64,000 nt of DNA from Callorhinchus milii (Eukaryota), in the NCBI RefSeq assembly GCF_018977255.1, contig NW_024704742.1:69566001-69630000 (forward strand). The letters run 5' to 3'. Within the stretch, counting starts at the first letter, position 1. Each line of letters starts with the position of its first letter. The notes under the pieces are model-generated. The model was given only the letters and a program-made list of their open reading frames with translations, was not told the origin of the DNA and did not search any database. Shown in pieces: positions 48,743 to 61,031 of the stretch. The translations under genes were made by a program, and so were the position numbers.

Positions 48743-49696
48743 CATCGAGTCCTGGACGAGAGACAACTTTCTTCAGCTCAACGTGCGTAAAACTGAGGCC
48801 CTCCTGATTGGCTCACGTCAGCGCCTCCGCACCTCAGGCGCTGACAGCATCAGCATCCAAGGCTGCACTCTCCACCTCTCAAAGCCGGTCAGGAACTCGG
48901 GGTTCTGTTCGACCCTGAGCTGTCCTTTCTCCCTCATATCCGCACCACAACTGGCACCGCCTTCCATCACCTCCAGAACATCGCCAGACTACGGCACTAC
49001 CTCACCCCTCACGCGGCTGAAACTCTGGTCCACGCCTTTGTCACCTCAAGGCTGCACTATGGGAGCGCTCTCCTCGCCGGCCTTCCCGGCCCTCCCTCCA
49101 CACTGCAGGTCATTCAGAACTCTGCAGCTCGTGTACTGTCCCGCACCAGACACCGCGACCACATCACTCCCACCCTCGCTCGCCTCCACTGGCTCCCCAT
49201 CCCCCAGAGGATCGAATTCAAGATCCTCATCCTCACCTACAAGGCCATTCACGGCCTCGCTCCCTCCTACCTCTCCGACCTACTATCCCCCTACCTACCT
49301 GCCCGTACCCTCCATTCCTCTGGCTCCGGTCTGCTCCACATCCCCCGCCCCAACCCCCCTACCATCGGTGGTCGGGCCTTCAGCCTCTCAGCCCTGAGGC
49401 TCTGGAACTCTATCCCCCAGTGCCTTCGCCGCCTCCTCCCTTTCCTCCTTCAAGGCCGGTCTCAAGACCTTTCTCTTTGACTGTGCCTTCAGCTCCCCTC
49501 TCGACTCTCTCCCCCCTCCTCGCTCCCTCCCTTCCCTCCCCTCACCCTGACCATTTCCCCCTCCTCGCTCCCTCCCTTCCCTCCCCTCACCCTGACCATT
49601 TCCCCCCTGCTCGGGTCCTGACCCAACTGTACAGCGCCTTGGGACGTCCTCCCGACATGAAAGGTGCTCTATAAGTGGAATTTTGTTGTTGTTGTT
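48743..49696 (+). mobile_element. Young L2 LINE 3' portion inserted in a TG microsatellite
   Basis: [23 protein letters not shown]...; near-identical to the reverse complement of 31389-32337, including the 3' UTR tandem repeat. Confidence 0.95.
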
Positions 49697-50055
49697 GTGT
49701 GTGTGTGTGTGTGTGTGTATGTATGCGTGTCTGAGTATGTGTGTATGTATGTGTGGTGTGTGAGTATGTGTATGTATGTGGATATATGTGTATGCGCGCG
49801 TGTGTGTGCGTATATGTATGTGTGCGTGTGTATGTATGTGTGTGTATGTATGTGTGTGCATGTGTGTGTATGTATGTCTGTGTATATGTGTGCGCATGTG
49901 TGTATGTATGTGCATGAGTATGTATGTATGTATGTGTGTGTGTGTTTGTATGTGTGTATGTGTATATATGTATGTGTGTGTATATGTGCATGTGTGTGTG
50001 TGTATGTATGTTTGTGTATATGTGCATGTGTGTGTGTGTATGTATGTGTGTGTGT
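49697..50055 (+). repeat. (TG)n/(TGTA)n compound microsatellite, right part
   Basis: Direct reading. Confidence 0.95.
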
Positions 50056-50087
50056 TACCCCCTTTTTATACAATTCATTTATAATGA

Positions 50088-50447
50088 TAATAATCTGTGC
50101 ATTAATGCGGTGCCTTATCATGTCATATAGACATCGTAAAGCACTTCACAGAATATATTGCAAAGTGAATTGACTGTGGGTGAAATATGACAGCCAATTG
50201 CACACGGCAATGTCCCACAAACCATCATGAATTGAGTAACCAAATTATTATTAATATTTTTGAAGGAATTATTACCCCCGGGAAAAGCGATTCGCTAATT
50301 GACGAACAACCGGGTTTCTATCTACTGCTAGGTAAACAGGCGTGTGGAGCAAGGAAACTTGTCTGAGGTTGCGCACTGACCGGGAATCAAACCCGTGTCC
50401 TCTCGCTTGCGAGACGAGTGTTCTAGCCACTACTTTAAAGGACTCCA
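50088..50447 (-). mobile_element. SINE family A
   Basis: Family consensus motifs. Confidence 0.83.
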
Positions 50448-51184
50448 GGATTATTATAATTTTAAGATATTTTGGGTGACTGTTCGTGTGTGCATGTGTG
50501 TGGCTTGATATTTACTTTGTTGCAGCTGCACATAACTACAGCGTGTTCATAAAGTCCCACTACCCCCTGCTTCTTTTATACAATGAATTTTTATTTCCTG
50601 TTTCAGATGAAGTTGAGTGTAACAATGTCTAACACCAGTAACTTCCTCCTCACTCCATCATGTTATAGAAGATGTTGGAACGAACATGGTGACGAATCAT
50701 TATCTGCCATGAAAATGATGGGGCTCACACACACCGACCCTCTGGACGTCAAAATACAGTTAAACACTTGTACTGAGTACAATGAAGTGCTTTTAAATAT
50801 AATTATCATCATTCTTCCACATGCTTCAGTCGATGGTCAGTGCACTGTAGAAAATAAACATGGGGTAACAGGACTTTGTGAACACCCTGCAGAATGATTT
50901 TCTTGCAAAATAATTTTACTGCTGTCACACAGATTTTCCTTCACACACTCAAGGTCAGGAGATTCAGGCTCAATAAAGCGGAGATGCTTTCTCCTTTAAG
51001 GTCATTGTATTCAGCAGAAAGACACAGGGAAGCAAAGGGAAACACTCATTGCCAGCAGTATGTGTGTGTGTGAGTACGTGTGTATGTGAGATTCGGCGCA
51101 GTGTGTATTGTAACAGGCACAAGGCAAACTCTCAAACAGATTGGCCCAAAGCATTGATTCACAGATACACAAGCAGACATTAAC

Positions 51185-51541
51185 CAAGGCTTGGTTTGTA
51201 TTCCCTTGAGTTTAGAAGGTTAAATTGTGGTGCGATTGAGGTGTGTAAAATAATAAAGGGATTCGATAGGGTAGCTACAGAGAAACTATTTCCTCTGGTA
51301 GGGAAATCCAGAACAAGGGGGTGTAATCTTTAAAATTAGAGCTAGGCCATTTAAGAGTGAAATCAAACAGTATTTTTCAAACAAAAGGTAGTGGACATCT
51401 GGATCTCTCTCCCCCAAAAGGCTGTGGATATGGAGCAAAGGCAGATAAATAGAGTTGAGGTACGGATCAGCCATGATCTAATAGAATGACAGAACAGGCT
51501 CAAGGGGCTGAATGGCCTACTCTTGTTCCTATATTCCTATG
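51185..51541 (+). mobile_element. CR1 LINE 3' end
   Basis: LGLYSLEFRRL...KLFPLVGKSRTRG; 3' UTR GGCTGAATGGCCTACTCTTGTTCCTATATTCCTATG. Confidence 0.88.
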
Positions 51542-51964
51542 ACACTCACTAGAGAATTCTTTCATATTGAACCTGCTTAAAAAATATTCCCAATTTTTTT
51601 TTCATCTTGACCTTCGAATCAGCTCATCATAATAATAATAATCATCCTTGGATTTGATACAGTGCCTTGTCACGTCATTGAGACGTCCCAAGGTGGTCAA
51701 ATAGGAAGGTCTCTAGTGCAGTGCTGGAGATATCGCTGGATTGTTCTTCGGATGAGTCATTATACAGAGGTCCCGATTGACTGTTCAGGTGGATATTAAA
51801 GATCCCGTGGGACAATTTGATTGTGGCCAACAATCCCCCAAATAAATTGCTTATCCACTCCACAGCTCTGGATAAATTGGGTGTCACATTTACCTAAAGT
51901 CACAGTCATTCCGTTTATAGTAAATTCTGTGAAGATCTTTGAAACACCCTTCCAATGAGAAAGC

Positions 51965-52292
51965 CACAGTATCATTTGCATGGATTTGTCAGAGGTGCCG
52001 TCCTTCAGATGAGACGTTTAACCAAAGTCCCGTCTGCCTGTTCAGATGGATGTTAAAGATCCCATGGCACATTCGAAAAGAGAAGGGAGTTTCTCCTGGT
52101 GTCCTGGACAACAATCCCCCAAATAAAATTGGTCACTCACTACTTGGATTTTTGTGGGAAACTGCTGTGTGCAACTGGCTGTTTTCCTATAAATATACAG
52201 TTGTTCCATTTCTGAGTAATTCTAGTGAAGCACTTTGAGATGTCCTTCCTACATGATAAGGCGCTATATCAAATTCAAGAATTACTATTATT
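51965..52292 (+). mobile_element. Deu-domain SINE family B (5'-truncated)
   Basis: Deu domain and tail. Confidence 0.82.
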
Positions 52293-52450
52293 CTCCTAAC
52301 CAACATCAGAGGTTAATTCTTCAACAACAATGCTCTCCCCCTGCTCTCTGGAGCTCGTCCCCTAAAATCATCCTGTTAACCCTGCAAGACAAAGCCCTAA
52401 CATGTAGGGTGGTCCTAGCTGGACAAGCAGCGTGAAAGCTTGCCAGACCA

Positions 52451-52778
52451 TAATAATAATAATAATAATAATCCTTGCATTTGATATAGCGCTTTTCACG
52501 TCGGGAGGACATCCCAAAGCGCTTCACAGAACACACTGTAAAGTGAATTGACTGTATATTTGTGGGCGAACGCGGCAGCCAATTGCACAAAGCAATGTCC
52601 CACAAACAGTCGTAGATTGAAAATGACCAATTTTATTATTGTTTTTGTTTTTTGGAAGGATTATTATTAGGCGTGTGGAGTAAGGAAACTTGCCCAAGGT
52701 TTCGCCCTCTGCCTGGAATTGAACTCAGGTCTCTTGCTTGCAAAGCGAGTGCTCTAACCACTGAGCTACAGGACTCCA
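52451..52778 (-). mobile_element. Young SINE A' inserted into a family C repeat (~52372-52885)
   Basis: GACCAT on both sides (52446-52451, 52785-52790). Host CTTGCCAGAC|CATGCTATCAATGGCAAG. Confidence 0.92.
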
Positions 52779-53304
52779 CTACAGGACCATGCTATCAATG
52801 GCAAGTTACGCGGTTTTAGCTGGTTAGATCCAGCACTTACCCCAATCTCTGAGGCCTTGCCAACCAAGTGACACCCAGCTGACAAAAAATTCCCTTTGCC
52901 TTGCTTCATCAAAACCCTCTTAACAAAAGCTTTTCTCTGACCATCTTATTTGTTCACATTTCTCCTCCTGACTCTCCTTGTCAAAAGCGTTACGTCAGTG
53001 CAGGTTTTATTTAAAAGATCGATCAGTTTATAACTAAATAGAGAAAGAAACAACTTGCATTTTTACAGCCTTATCAGATCGGAACATCTCTGGATCCTAC
53101 GCAAGCAATTACTATTTTTGTTTGTGGGGGTAGCAAACTCAGCATCTGTTTTGTACACCTCAAGGTCTCGAGCAGCCGTGACTTGGAACTCACACTGACA
53201 GCGCTGGGGGCAGCTCTGTATTGTCAGAGATGCCGTGCTTCGGATTGGAATTTGAGTTGTTCCTCTTTGACTCCGCTTTCGGACATCTCTCCCCCTCCTC
53301 ATAC

Positions 53305-53534
53305 TAATAATAATCCTTGCATTTGATATAGAGCCTTATCACGTTATTGAGACGTCTCAAAGCGCTTCACAGAATTTATTCTAAAGTGAACTGACTGTAT
53401 ATTTTCTGGACTGCTTGGTAAACAGAGACGGGTGGAATAAGGAAACTTACCTAAGGTTTTGTCCCACCTAAGAATCAAACCCAGGTCCCCTCGCTTGCGA
53501 GACGAGCGTGCTAACCACTATGCTATGAAACTCC
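53305..53534 (-). mobile_element. SINE family A, internally deleted
   Basis: Head and tail joined with the middle missing. Confidence 0.75.
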
Positions 53535-54206
53535 AGGCTGCCTTCAGTTCCCACCCCCAGCTCAGCTGCCCGGCTGGCACTGTTAGATGCTTTGAGACAT
53601 CCTCCCCACATGAGAGGCACTGAGTACATTTAAATTGTATTGTATAAGATCACAAGAGAGGTTGAAAGAACCTTTGGCACATCTCATCTCAATCTTCCAG
53701 AATACTCCAAAAGAAATTGTGGGACACTGCTGTGCGCAATTGACTGCCCCCAAAATACACATTTAATTAAATTTACACGATATTCTGTGAAGCGCTTTGA
53801 GACATGATAAGGCGCTAAATCAAATACTTGCCTGTGCCAGTGTTCTGGGCTGGACTGCTTTTCCTGGTGTCTGTATTGCAGTTATTAATCGCTCTCTGGG
53901 TATATTTCCCCATCACTCCCCTGAAATTTGCAAATCTAAACCTGCTGCCTTGATATATTTGGAAACAGCTTTCTTTATTTATTACTTTTTCAGTATAAAG
54001 TGAGGTCACCTCTGAGACATCCAGGGAGAGTGTGTGCATTCCTTTCCGGACAAACAAAATCAGGCAAAATTTCCACCGTGTAAGTGGTGTAAAATATGGA
54101 TTTATGGAACGCTCAGTTAGGGATGGATATCCTTGAAGTGTGGTGATTGGTGTATCAGACATCCGGCTAGCCAACAAAAGCCAACATCACCTCCATTACG
54201 TTGCAG

Positions 54207-54646
54207 TGTCAGTCTGGCTTAGTCGGTAACAATCTCATCTGTGAGTCAGAAAGTTGTGGGTTCAAGCCCTACGTCAGAACTTGGAAGTCATAATGATCAT
54301 TGCAGGGCTGGGGGGGGCAGGTGATGCATTGTTGGAGGCGCCGTCCTTCGGATGAGATGTTAAACCGAGGTCCTGTCTGCCTGTTCAGGTGGATGTTAAT
54401 GATCCCGCGGCGCTATTCAAAATGAGAAGGGAGTTTCTCTATCTCGGTGTCCTGGCCAACAATTTCCCCAAATAAAAAATTGGTCACTCACTCCATGGTT
54501 GATTGTGGGGCATTGCTGTGCGCAAACTGGCTGCCGTGTTTCGCCCACAAAACAGTCACTGCACTTACAGTATATTCTGTGAAGTGTTTTGGGACATCCT
54601 CCTGACGTGAAAGGCACTGTATTAAATATAAGTATTTTTATTATTA
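54207..54646 (+). mobile_element. Deu-domain SINE family B, near full length
   Basis: tRNA-like head (GAGTCAGAAAGTTGTGGGTTCAAGCCC), Deu domain, L2-like tail. Confidence 0.9.
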
Positions 54647-55134
54647 CCAACTTAAAAGGTGTAGCTTGAATTCACACCTACAAATCTGCTTCTGAAACAG
54701 ACACCCTTAAACCCCAAAGGCTTTCTCTGTTTTTATACACAAGTTCACAGGGGACAGCAGCAAATTAAAGTGCACCAAAAGCAAAAGACACATTTGAAGC
54801 TGTAAGGCGGGGGTGGGTGGGGGGTGGTGGTGTGGGGAGAGTGGGGGAAACATGAACAATTTAAAATTCATTTTAAGAGCTTTGAAATATGCAATGCGTA
54901 ATGTAATCCTGGGTCATGTAAAACTAAATGCTCCCCTTAGCTTTTCAGACCCTCTCAACTTTCTATCCCAGCCGACATGTGCAAGCAATAAATTGTAACA
55001 CTGGATGTGAATAATGCCAAAGAAATGATGTACAGCCATGGAGACCTCTTCAACGACAATCTGGGAATGTCGGAATTGAGTCCACTCTCTGTGGTAGTCT
55101 TGGTAGACTAGTTCCTTTCTAATACTTTCTGGAA

Positions 55135-55670
55135 TTAGATAAACAGGATATGTCTCTCCAGTGTGCATTCCATTCTAACAATCTATCACTGAAATTTCGC
55201 CCACGTTTCACCCACAAAACATACAATCAATTCACTTTACAGTATATTCTGTGAAGCGCTTTGAGTCTAGAAGACGTGATAAGGCACTATATCAAATGCA
55301 AGGATTATTATTACTATTATTATTTCCATGAGTAGGTCGGATGGATGGAATTTTCAGTTTGGTTTGGATACACTTATGTATGGGGATGTGGGTTAAACAT
55401 CCTTAAGAGAATATTTTGTAAAAATAACAAAAAATAGTCTACTTCCTAAGCAAAACAGGTCTGAGGTATTTCAGGTAGCTGTTCATGATTTGCACCTAAT
55501 ACTCTCTGGGAATAATTATGCAGGGTTCATCCCTCTGGGGACAGAGAGTATGTCCATACCGGACATAGGAAGATATCTAAGCATAAGTACCTTACGTATG
55601 TAGAACTCTCAGTCTGGTTTGGATAATTTTAAACACAGTGATGGGTTTCTGCATGTGTCAGACACGTTTT
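55135..55670 (+). repeat. Family C, two partial units; the first is interrupted by a SINE tail (~55198-55323)
   Basis: GGAATTTTCAGTTTGGTTTGGATAC and GAACTCTCAGTCTGGTTTGGATA...GATGGGTTTCTGCATGTGTCAGACAC. Confidence 0.7.
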
Positions 55671-55894
55671 TGGGTGGAGGGAGGGAAATACAGTCTTATT
55701 TTAACAGAAATAAAAATTGCAGTCATTGAATAAGTTGAAACACTGGAAGAAGGTTTGTGGGGTGTGGGGGCTGAGGTGGGGAGAGAAGGGTGTGTAAAAT
55801 GTATGTCACAGAAGGAAGCCATTCGGTCCATCATGTCTGCAGCGCTCTCAGAACAAGTTGTCCATTCAATCTCACTGCCCTGGCTTATTCCCCT

Positions 55895-56212
55895 AGTGAG
55901 AGGATCCAGGTTTGAATCCTTGGCGAGAGAAACCTTAGGCAAGTGTCCTTACTCCACACACCTCTGTTTACCTAGCAGTAAGCAGGAACCTGGTTGTTAG
56001 TCGATTGGCGGATCGCTTTCTGGGGCTAATAATCCCTTAAAAAAAGGATCACTCACTCCACCATTGTTTATGGGATATTGCTGTGTAATTGGCTACTATG
56101 TTTCACCCACAAAATACAGTAAATTTAATTTACAGTATATTCTGTGAAACGGTTTCAGCTGTCTCATCTACGTTAAAAGGAGCTATATCAAATCCAAGGA
56201 TTTTATTATTAT
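55895..56212 (+). mobile_element. SINE family A
   Basis: Family consensus motifs. Confidence 0.82.
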
Positions 56213-56759
56213 AGCAAGCCTGTATCTTTCATTTGAGATATAAATAAAAATATCAGAGTGGACATCCAAATATTTCACAGCATTGATTGATTGCATAAAG
56301 GATTTTGCCATTTGCTGGGAGTTGATGGGACAGAGGTTGAAGCCAATAAAAAAACATACATTTGTTACTGTCTGTGTTCAAGAGACAGTTTATTTAATTT
56401 TTTAAGAACCCCATTTCCAATTTTGGCTTTGCAAGTATTAGATGTATCAATCACTGAGTACTCAGAACAGAAGCTTTCCCCCTCCCCAAAGCTCTTGGGT
56501 AGCACCTGGATGTAGCGCCTTATCACATTGTTGAATATATTGTAAAGTGGATCGACTGTATTTTGTTGGCGATCGTGCACAGCAATGTGCCACGAACAGT
56601 TGCATGTTTGGATTGAGTGACCAAAGATTTTTCTATTATTATTATTTTTTGGAGGGATTATTACCCCCGGAAAGCGATCCGCCAATTGACTAATCAACCC
56701 GGTTCCTCTTGCTTGTGAGGCGAGTGCTCTAACCACTACGCTATGGGATGCCAGTTTAG

Positions 56760-57123
56760 TAATAATAATAATCTTTACATTTGGTATAGTGTCTTTCACA
56801 GTGGAAGGATGACCCAAATAGGATATACTGTAAAATGTTTTGTCTGTGTCTTTGTAGGCGAACACAACACCCAATATACACAGTAATGTTCCACAAACAT
56901 GAGATGAATGACCAATTTTATTTGGAAGATTGTCGACCAGGACACCGGGAGTGAAACTCCTTTCACTTTTTAAATTATGCCATGGGATCTTTAATATCCA
57001 CTGAACAGGTCACAGACACGTCCTCGGTTTAACAGCTTATCTGAAGGACGGCCCTTCCAGCAATGCAACATCCTAAGCCTTCTGACTCAGAGGCGACAGT
57101 GCTACCAACTGAGCCAGGCTGAC
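56760..57123 (-). mobile_element. Deu-domain SINE family B
   Basis: Family B motifs with an internal deletion. Confidence 0.78.
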
Positions 57124-57639
57124 GCAGGCTGAGTTAATATTGGGTGGGTGTTGGGTTGGGGGGGTTGACAGCGAATATAATGGTGGGGAGGGGAATGTGT
57201 GAGAGTTAAAAGGTCACGGAGTCCGACAATTGCAGCATTCTTCCTTTGTTCAGTCATCGGCCTCTGTGTCGTATCGCCCACTCAATCTCCATTTCTAACT
57301 CGGCCTTTTTGTTTTCACACGAAAGCCTCAAAGCTTTCCAAAATGAAAGTGGCTTTTCTTTCTCCCATTTTCTCTCTCCGACCTCTAACCCCCATCCCAT
57401 TTCCTGATTCACTTCCTGCAGCTTCCTTCCCGTCTCCACGGTGACCTGCTCGGCTCGCGCTCAGCCCGGCCCAACTTTCCATTTGGGCCACGTTTATCAT
57501 TCATTCCAGAGGATCAGCTCAGCTCACTGGCTTGACTCTGGGTCAGGCGGTGTAGCCTCTGATCATTAACTTGGTCTCAACTGTCCAAGTGGGTGAGAGA
57601 GCTAAGAGGGGTCAAATGATGAATTAACGACTATCCTCC

Positions 57640-58250
57640 TTGTGGAGTGGTAAGCTGGCTCCAAGGTGACATGTTTGGAAACGAAATGTCGGAATCGAGC
57701 CGGGCCTCTGTGGCGGTCTTGCTAGTCTGGTTCCTGAGCCATTAGGGTCCGCAGTGTTCCAGGTCACTGGCGATGATTGCACAGCCAACTTCGCTCACCG
57801 ACAGGATCTGGAAGGGCAAAACAGTTACTTGGGGCAGGGAATCGTCCCACTCAGCTCCTGTTAGCCAAAGCCCTAATGGGTAGGACAGCAGTGGTCCTGG
57901 TATTGAGGGTGGAACAATAGCTGGACAAGCTGGAAAAGCAGCGGGAAAACTTGCCAGACAACGATATCAATGGCAAGATATTCAGGTTAGCTGATTAAAC
58001 TTCAGCAGTTATGCCTCAGCACAAACTCTGGGGTCCCCAAGACTTGGGTCTTGCCAACCTGCGCAGAATGCCCTCCGGAATTATGTCAACATGTTGTGTT
58101 CCTCCTGGGAAAGAGAACGCATTCCATTCCAGACACAGGGAAATTTCCATATGTGGGTGGCAGGCATATGTGGAATTCTCAGTCTGGTTTGGAGACTCTT
58201 AAGCACAGTGATGGGTTTCTGTGTGTACCCTCACACCTGACTGACCAGAT
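57640..58250 (+). repeat. Unclassified family C, longest copy
   Basis: Joins the 5' part (as at 428-710) and the 3' part (as at 13645-13950) colinearly. Confidence 0.8.
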
Positions 58251-58340
58251 TTTTTATCTCAAATTCCAAGCAGATGAAACATTGATTAGAATAATCATCA
58301 TATTTCCCATCTGTCCAAGGACCCCTTCCATTAATAATAT

Positions 58341-58776
58341 TAATAATAATTATTGCATTTGATATAGTGCCTTATCACATCATTGAGACATCTCAAAGCA
58401 CTTCACAGGATATACTGTGAAGTTGATTGACTGTGTATTTTGTGGGCAAAACGCAACAGTCAGTTGCACACAGCAATGCCTCACAAAAGCCATGGAGTGA
58501 GTGATCAATTTTATTTTGGGAGATTATTGGGCAGGAAAGAACCTCCCTTCTCTTTTTGAATAATAGCATGGAATCTTTACCATCCACTTGAACAGGTAGA
58601 TGGGACCTCGGTTTAACGTTTCTCTCGAAGGATGACCCCTCCAACAATGCAACACCCCCCCCTATAACTGCACTGGAGTGTCAGCTAAGACAATGTGTTT
58701 CCAAGTCCTAATGTGGGGCTTGAACCCACAACCTTCTGACTCAGAGACGAGAGCACTATCACTGAGCGAGGCTGAT
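58341..58776 (-). mobile_element. Deu-domain SINE family B, near full length
   Basis: Head, Deu domain and tail. Confidence 0.88.
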
Positions 58777-59040
58777 AAAAGACAGTTTACTTGCTTAAAC
58801 ACCTGATACCTGTAAACCCTGACCAATGTAGAGGTCATCAGCGGAACAGCACTGTCACTGATTCAGTAAACTTTCCCTACCTCAGCTATAGAAAAAAACT
58901 GTTCCTGAAGCACAGACTGGGGACTGACAAATGAATGCTGGCCTCAAAGATTAAATCTGATCTGGGGGTGATTGAAACTGATAAATGTGAAATTAGCTAA
59001 AGCACTTCGACTCGGAATCCTCCAACCCTAAAATAAAAAT

Positions 59041-60267
59041 CTTGCTGACTTCTCTGCTATCTTCGACACTGTCGACCATTCTATCCTTCTCCACCACCTC
59101 TCCTCTCAGCTTAATCTTCATCGACCTGCCCTTGCCTGGTTCAGGTCCCATCTCTCCCACCGTCTCCGCTTTGTCTCCACTGTCAGCTTCTCCTCCAGTC
59201 CCCACACTGTCTCGTGCGGCGTTCCTCAGGGCTCTGTCCTTGGTCCCCTCCTTTTCAATATCTATATGCTCCCTCTTGGTGACATCATCCGCAGACATGG
59301 GGTCAACTTCCACATGTAGGCGGATGACACCCAACTCTACCTCTCACCTCCACCCTCAACTCCAGGACCACTGCTGTCCTGACAGAATGTCTGTCAGACA
59401 TCAAGTCCTGGATGGGAGCTAACTTCCTCCAGTTGAATGTCAACAAAATCGAGGCGCTCCTGCTTGGCTCCCATCAGCGCCTCCACACCTTGGGCACTGA
59501 CAGCATCACGCTTCATGGATACACTCTGCACCTCATGGAGCCAATACCGCACCTCAGCGTCCTGTTTGACTCTCAACTGTCCTTCAACCCCACATCCATA
59601 CCATGACCCGCTCCGCCTTTCCCCACCTCTGCAACATTGCCCGGCTCTGCCACCATCTCACATCACAGCCTGCAGAGACACTCATCCACGCGTTCATCAC
59701 ATCGAGGCTCGACTACACAAATTCCCTGCTTTTCGGCCTCCCCAACTCCTCCCTCCACAAGCTGCAGATCATCCAAAAGTCTGCAGCCCGTGTCCTCTCC
59801 CACACCAGGCTCTGTGACACTATCACCTTCATCCTTGCCCGGCTCCACTGGCTCCCCATCACTCGGTGGATACAGTTCAGGATCCTGGTCCTTACATTCA
59901 AAATCCTCAATGGCCTTGCTCCCACCTACCTCTGTGACCTCCTAACCCCCCTATCAACCTGTCCGCTTCCTCCGCTCAGTGGGCTCTGGCCTGCTCCACA
60001 TCCCCCGCCTTGCCTTCAGTCTCTCTGCCCCCACCCTCTGGAACTCCATCTCGCAGTCCCTCCGCCTCGCCCCTTCCCTTGCCTCCTTCAAGACCCATAT
60101 CAAGACCCTCCTCTTCGATCACACCTTCAGCCACCCTTCTACACCTACCCTCCTCTCCCTCCACCCCTCCTGATCCCAATCACCATCTCAGGCGCTGCTC
60201 AGCGCCTTGGGATGTCCTCCTGATGTGAAAGGCGCTACACAAATATGATTTGTTGTTGTTGCTGTTG
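59041..60267 (+). mobile_element. L2 LINE, 5'-truncated, decayed RT
   Basis: [11 protein letters not shown]...[10 protein letters not shown]...HM*ADDTQLY (stop codon in YADD); LHWLPITRWIQFRIL; (GTT)n tail. Confidence 0.95.
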
Positions 60268-60696
60268 CCCCCTACATTACTAAAGAATCATTCTTAGATT
60301 TGAAACAGGATTTACTGTGAAGTGTAGTGACTGTATTTTGTAGGCAAATGTATATTACTCAACTTGGCTCATTCAGCAGTACTCTTGGCTGTGCAGCTTG
60401 TGGATTCAACAAAAGGTAATAATAATTATAGGAATAATAAATAACCCTTACATTTGGTATAGCGCCTTTCACGTCAGGGGGACACCTCAAAGTGCTTCAC
60501 AGGATTTACTGTTAAGTGGAGGTACTGTGTGTTTTGTGGGTGAACGCGGCAGTTAATTTGTGCACAGCGACGTCCTGTAAACAGCTATGAAATAAGTGAT
60601 CAATTAAAGATAGCTAAGACACATGGAGAAACTCCCTTTTCTACTAGTCAAGGATGATGCTGTGATCTATTGTTACCCAGGCTGGGTCAGTACAGA

Positions 60697-61031
60697 ATAA
60701 CAATAATAATCGTTGCATTGATCGCGCCTCATCACGTCTTCAAGACTTCTCAAAGTGCTTCACAGAATATGCTGTAAAGTGAATTGATTGTATATTTTAT
60801 AGGCGAAACATGGCAGCCTATTGCGGATAGTAGTGTCCCACAAATGTGGATTGTGTGACCAAAATATTTTAGGGGGAGGAATTATTACACACGGAAAGTG
60901 ATTCCGGCAATTGACTAGCAATTGGGTTCCTACTTACTGCTGGATAACCAGAGGCGTGTAGAGTAAGGAAACTTGTCTAAGGTTTCACCCTGCCCGGGTC
61001 CTCTCGTTTGCGAAGTGAGCGCTCTAACCAA
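60697..61031 (-). mobile_element. SINE family A
   Basis: Family consensus motifs. Confidence 0.82.

Noticed and set aside
48456..50173. Long Cys/Val- or His/Thr-rich ORFs
   Set aside because: These are translations of TG microsatellites fused to L2 sequence.
50590..50897. Possible exon after the acceptor-like TTTTATTTCCTGTTTCAG
   Set aside because: Only one frame is open, the peptide resembles nothing I recognise, and there is no convincing donor.
54914..55168. Protein-like short ORFs on both strands
   Set aside because: No splice signals or homology that I can support.
59603..60223. 206-aa ORF as a host gene
   Set aside because: It is the C-terminus of a decayed L2 ORF2.
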